NCBI RefSeq assembly: GCF_001186125.1
Contig: NW_014039818.1
Coordinates: 6,870-46,149, forward strand
DNA length: 39,280 nucleotides
Origin: Sphaeroforma arctica JP610
Lineage: Eukaryota
Direction of reading: 5' to 3'
Of this stretch, positions 36,801 through 39,280 are shown piece by piece. The position numbers and the translations under genes are program-made. Position 1 is the first letter of the stretch. The number at the start of each line of letters is the position of its first letter. Under the pieces are notes generated by a model. The model saw nothing but the letters and a program-made list of their open reading frames with translations, was not told where the DNA came from and made no database searches.

Positions 36801-38475
36801 CGGATCAATCGTCAGATAGCCCATTAAGTCCACATCCTCGTCCTCTTATTCCGTAAATCACACGTGTATATGTATGTATATAAATGAAAACAAATCCACA
36901 ATGATATGTATGTATGTGCACGTGTGTATGACATACACCGCACCCCCAACACACACACTCATATATATATGTATATATCAACAAACGCATTCCATCCCCC
37001 ACCACTTCACTTACCAACTCGCCCATCAAGACTACATTCTCGCCCTTGACCACGTAGATGCCACGCTGTATATCGCCGTACTGCTGACCCACATACACTC
37101 GCTCAATGGTGCGGTGGAGGACAACGTTCGCAAACTGATCGAACGAACGCAGGTAGCCGATAAGCTTCCTGCCGTCTCGCATCACCACTAGAACACGTTT
37201 GTCCACGTCATCGGCGAGAGATACAGACCCCGAGAGATAGGCAGGCCGTTGCGAGGAAGATCGTTGCGGGTTGTACTGGTTGTTGTTGTTGTTGTGGCTA
37301 TGGTTGTTGTTGTTGTTGTTACTATTGTATCTGTTGTTGTTGTTGTTATAGTTAGTGTTGGTATTATTATTGTTGTAGATGTTATTGTTGTTATATATGG
37401 GTCGGGGCGCCTGTTGTTGTTTCTGCTGCTGCGGTTGCTGTAAATAAATCAACACAAGAGAGTAGACGAGCACTTTGAGTGAGATATACGAGTGATTGGA
37501 TACAACATTCGCATGTGCTATGACTCCAGTTCGAGTAAGCCTTTCATAGGCAAATACCCACAGTACTCGAGATTTATGTCGCCGAAGGTATGTTCATTAA
37601 TGGGCATCCAATACCCATTCAACTAAAGTTCGGAAGCACCCACACTCACACCCATGTATAAAGGTATATATGTATGTGTATGTATGCAAGAGCCTAGAAA
37701 TCCATACAGAATTGAACAAAAAGCTGAGATATAAAGTCTTGCTCACATGATATTAGATATAACTACACCACAGCACCCTATCCAAAACCACATACTTGGT
37801 ATTGGTTGTATTGTGGCATTTGCTGGCTGTACTGCTGCCCCTGATTCCGTTGGCCACCCATTGGCATGTCCTGTCCCTGTCCCTGCTGCGTATATGGGCA
37901 AATGCAGAAGTATGCATACATGAATAGATATATATCCGCATGAACACAAACATACACACACGCATATATTATTAATATTAATATATAAATATATATATAT
38001 AGATAGATATAGATATATGTATATACATATACATATATATATATATACATATACAAATATGAATATACGTATATGGTTTAAAACTATTCGATGTCACGAA
38101 CTGAGTGAATATGTGTGGTGTTGGCAAGTGCTATTCCAATCATTGTGCATGAGATAGGGAATTGGTGACATAGTCTGAGTGTATGACAAATGAAGTGGTG
38201 GGCTTTTCGAGAAAGGCGACGTCATATAAAAACCACAACTTATCCGAGAAACTCACATGTCCTTGTCTTTGCTGTGTCCCCATTGGCTGATTGTGCATCT
38301 GCTGCCCACCCATTGGTTGATTGTGCATCTGCTGCCCACCCATTGGTTGATTGTGCATCAGTTGAGCCCCAATTGTGCTGTTCTGCATTTGATGTGATCC
38401 CATTGGTTGACCCTGCATGTTTGGTCCTCCCATGGGCTGGTTGTACATTGTGCGGTCTTGCTGCATATGGGAGCT
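33881..38475 (-). CDS. LSM1: U6 snRNA-associated Sm-like protein LSm1 (cytoplasmic Lsm1-7 decapping activator) with long Q/N-rich N-terminal extension; ~300 aa
   Basis: All exons are phase 0: 38475-38257 (first ATG 38466; donor CAT|gtgagt), 37885-37796 (CAA|gtatgt), 37437-37015 (Sm fold [68 protein letters not shown]|gtaagt), 35253-35176 ([26 protein letters not shown]|gtaggt), 33979-33881 ([32 protein letters not shown]). The C-terminal helix is LSM1-specific. Confidence 0.92.
34451..34805. repeat. 40-bp minisatellite, ~9 copies, in the last LSM1 intron; three further copies separated by (TA)n up to ~35160
   Basis: Unit GTGACTAACTAGCTAGTAAGGGGTGTTGTAATAACAGTGA; gctagtaagg recurs at 34501, 34541, 34581, 34621. 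Confidence 0.95.
35862..36292. repeat. 36-bp minisatellite, ~12 copies, intronic in LSM1
   Basis: Unit TAGAAAGTACGTAAACATTGTGCTTTATAACTACCC, with alternating variants gtgcttt/gtaattt. Confidence 0.95.
38278..38445 (-). repeat. Coding 30-bp repeat ([14 protein letters not shown] decapeptide, ~5-6 imperfect copies) in the LSM1 N-terminal exon
   Basis: cccattggttgattgtgcatctgctgccca repeated with period 30. Confidence 0.85.
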
Positions 38476-38623
38476 CTGTTTCAAAAAACAGGCCCGAAAA
38501 GCACCATTATTAGAATCGGTGAGAATCTGCTGTGTTGGGTTAATAGTGTTGGAGCGTCGTCTATATCATTGCACAGGAGAGATATATGCGCGTACATACA
38601 TACGCACAGCCATTTATAAACAG

Positions 38624-38870
38624 ATGTAAAGAAAGTTCAAAGGATAGGATATTTATATTTGAATAGTTGTAGATAACCAAACTTGCAAACACTTGCTAAT
38701 TCTTGATTCAAAACAAATTGTCTGTTTGTGAATTATATATATATATATATATATATAAATGTAAGTTCAAAGGATATGATATTTATTTTTGAATAGTTGC
38801 AGATAACCAAACTTGCAAATACTTGCTGATTCTTGATTCAGAACAAAATTGTCTGTATGTGTATTATAGA
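38624..38870. repeat. Imperfect ~115-130-bp direct duplication separated by (TA)n
   Basis: aagttcaaaggata..gaatagttg.agataaccaaacttgcaaa.acttgct.attcttgattca occurs twice (~38632 and ~38763). Confidence 0.9.
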
Positions 38871-38920
38871 AACTATATTTATATATATATATATATGAGC
38901 AGCGATTCAGTGAAACTCAC

Positions 38921-38958
38921 CAGACCATCATTCCGTCGATGTACAAATAGAGAATTTA
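38921..38958 (-). other. Possible further upstream LSM1 exon (5' UTR or coding)
   Basis: Flanked by a pyrimidine-rich acceptor ttctctattgtcag and donor CTG|gtgagt; open in the frame that joins exon 38475. Confidence 0.4.
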
Positions 38959-39039
38959 CTGACAATAGAGAAAAATACAACACAATACAAATCAACGAAC
39001 TACGCACTGAGTGCATCACTTCACATAATCACAAACCCA

Positions 39040-39228
39040 GAAACACACCCACACACCCACTCAACCACCCACCCACATACACCCACACACACATATATAT
39101 GTATATACATATATGTTTATATAAATATATATATATATACACAGACACACACAGACACAGACCCATATACATATATGTATATATACATACATACATACAC
39201 ATATACAGATATGTTTATATATATATGT

Positions 39229-39271
<43 letters not shown>

Positions 39272-39280
39272 TATAATAAA
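39040..39280. repeat. (CA)n/(TA)n microsatellite
   Basis: Directly visible. Confidence 0.9.

Overview
Eukaryotic genomic DNA with GT-AG introns filled by (TA)n/(CA)n microsatellites and two N gaps. The style suggests a unicellular eukaryote such as an ichthyosporean, but that is inference only. Two genes look intact. The first is a three-exon, ~925-aa rifamycin-phosphotransferase/PigC-type dikinase (2576-6328, +), a bacterial-type architecture carrying spliceosomal introns. The second is a five-plus-exon LSM1 (33881-38475, -) with an unusual ~165-aa Q/N/M-rich repeat-containing N-terminal extension. Between them lies an apparently disabled intronless C2H2 zinc-finger gene and a transposon graveyard: two PIF/Harbinger remnants, a decayed Ty3/Gypsy, an ISL2EU-type transposase with two tandem THAP-like domains, a much older chromovirus-like Gypsy relic, and three copies of an unidentified degenerate coding family. 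I found no rRNA, tRNA or CRISPR array.
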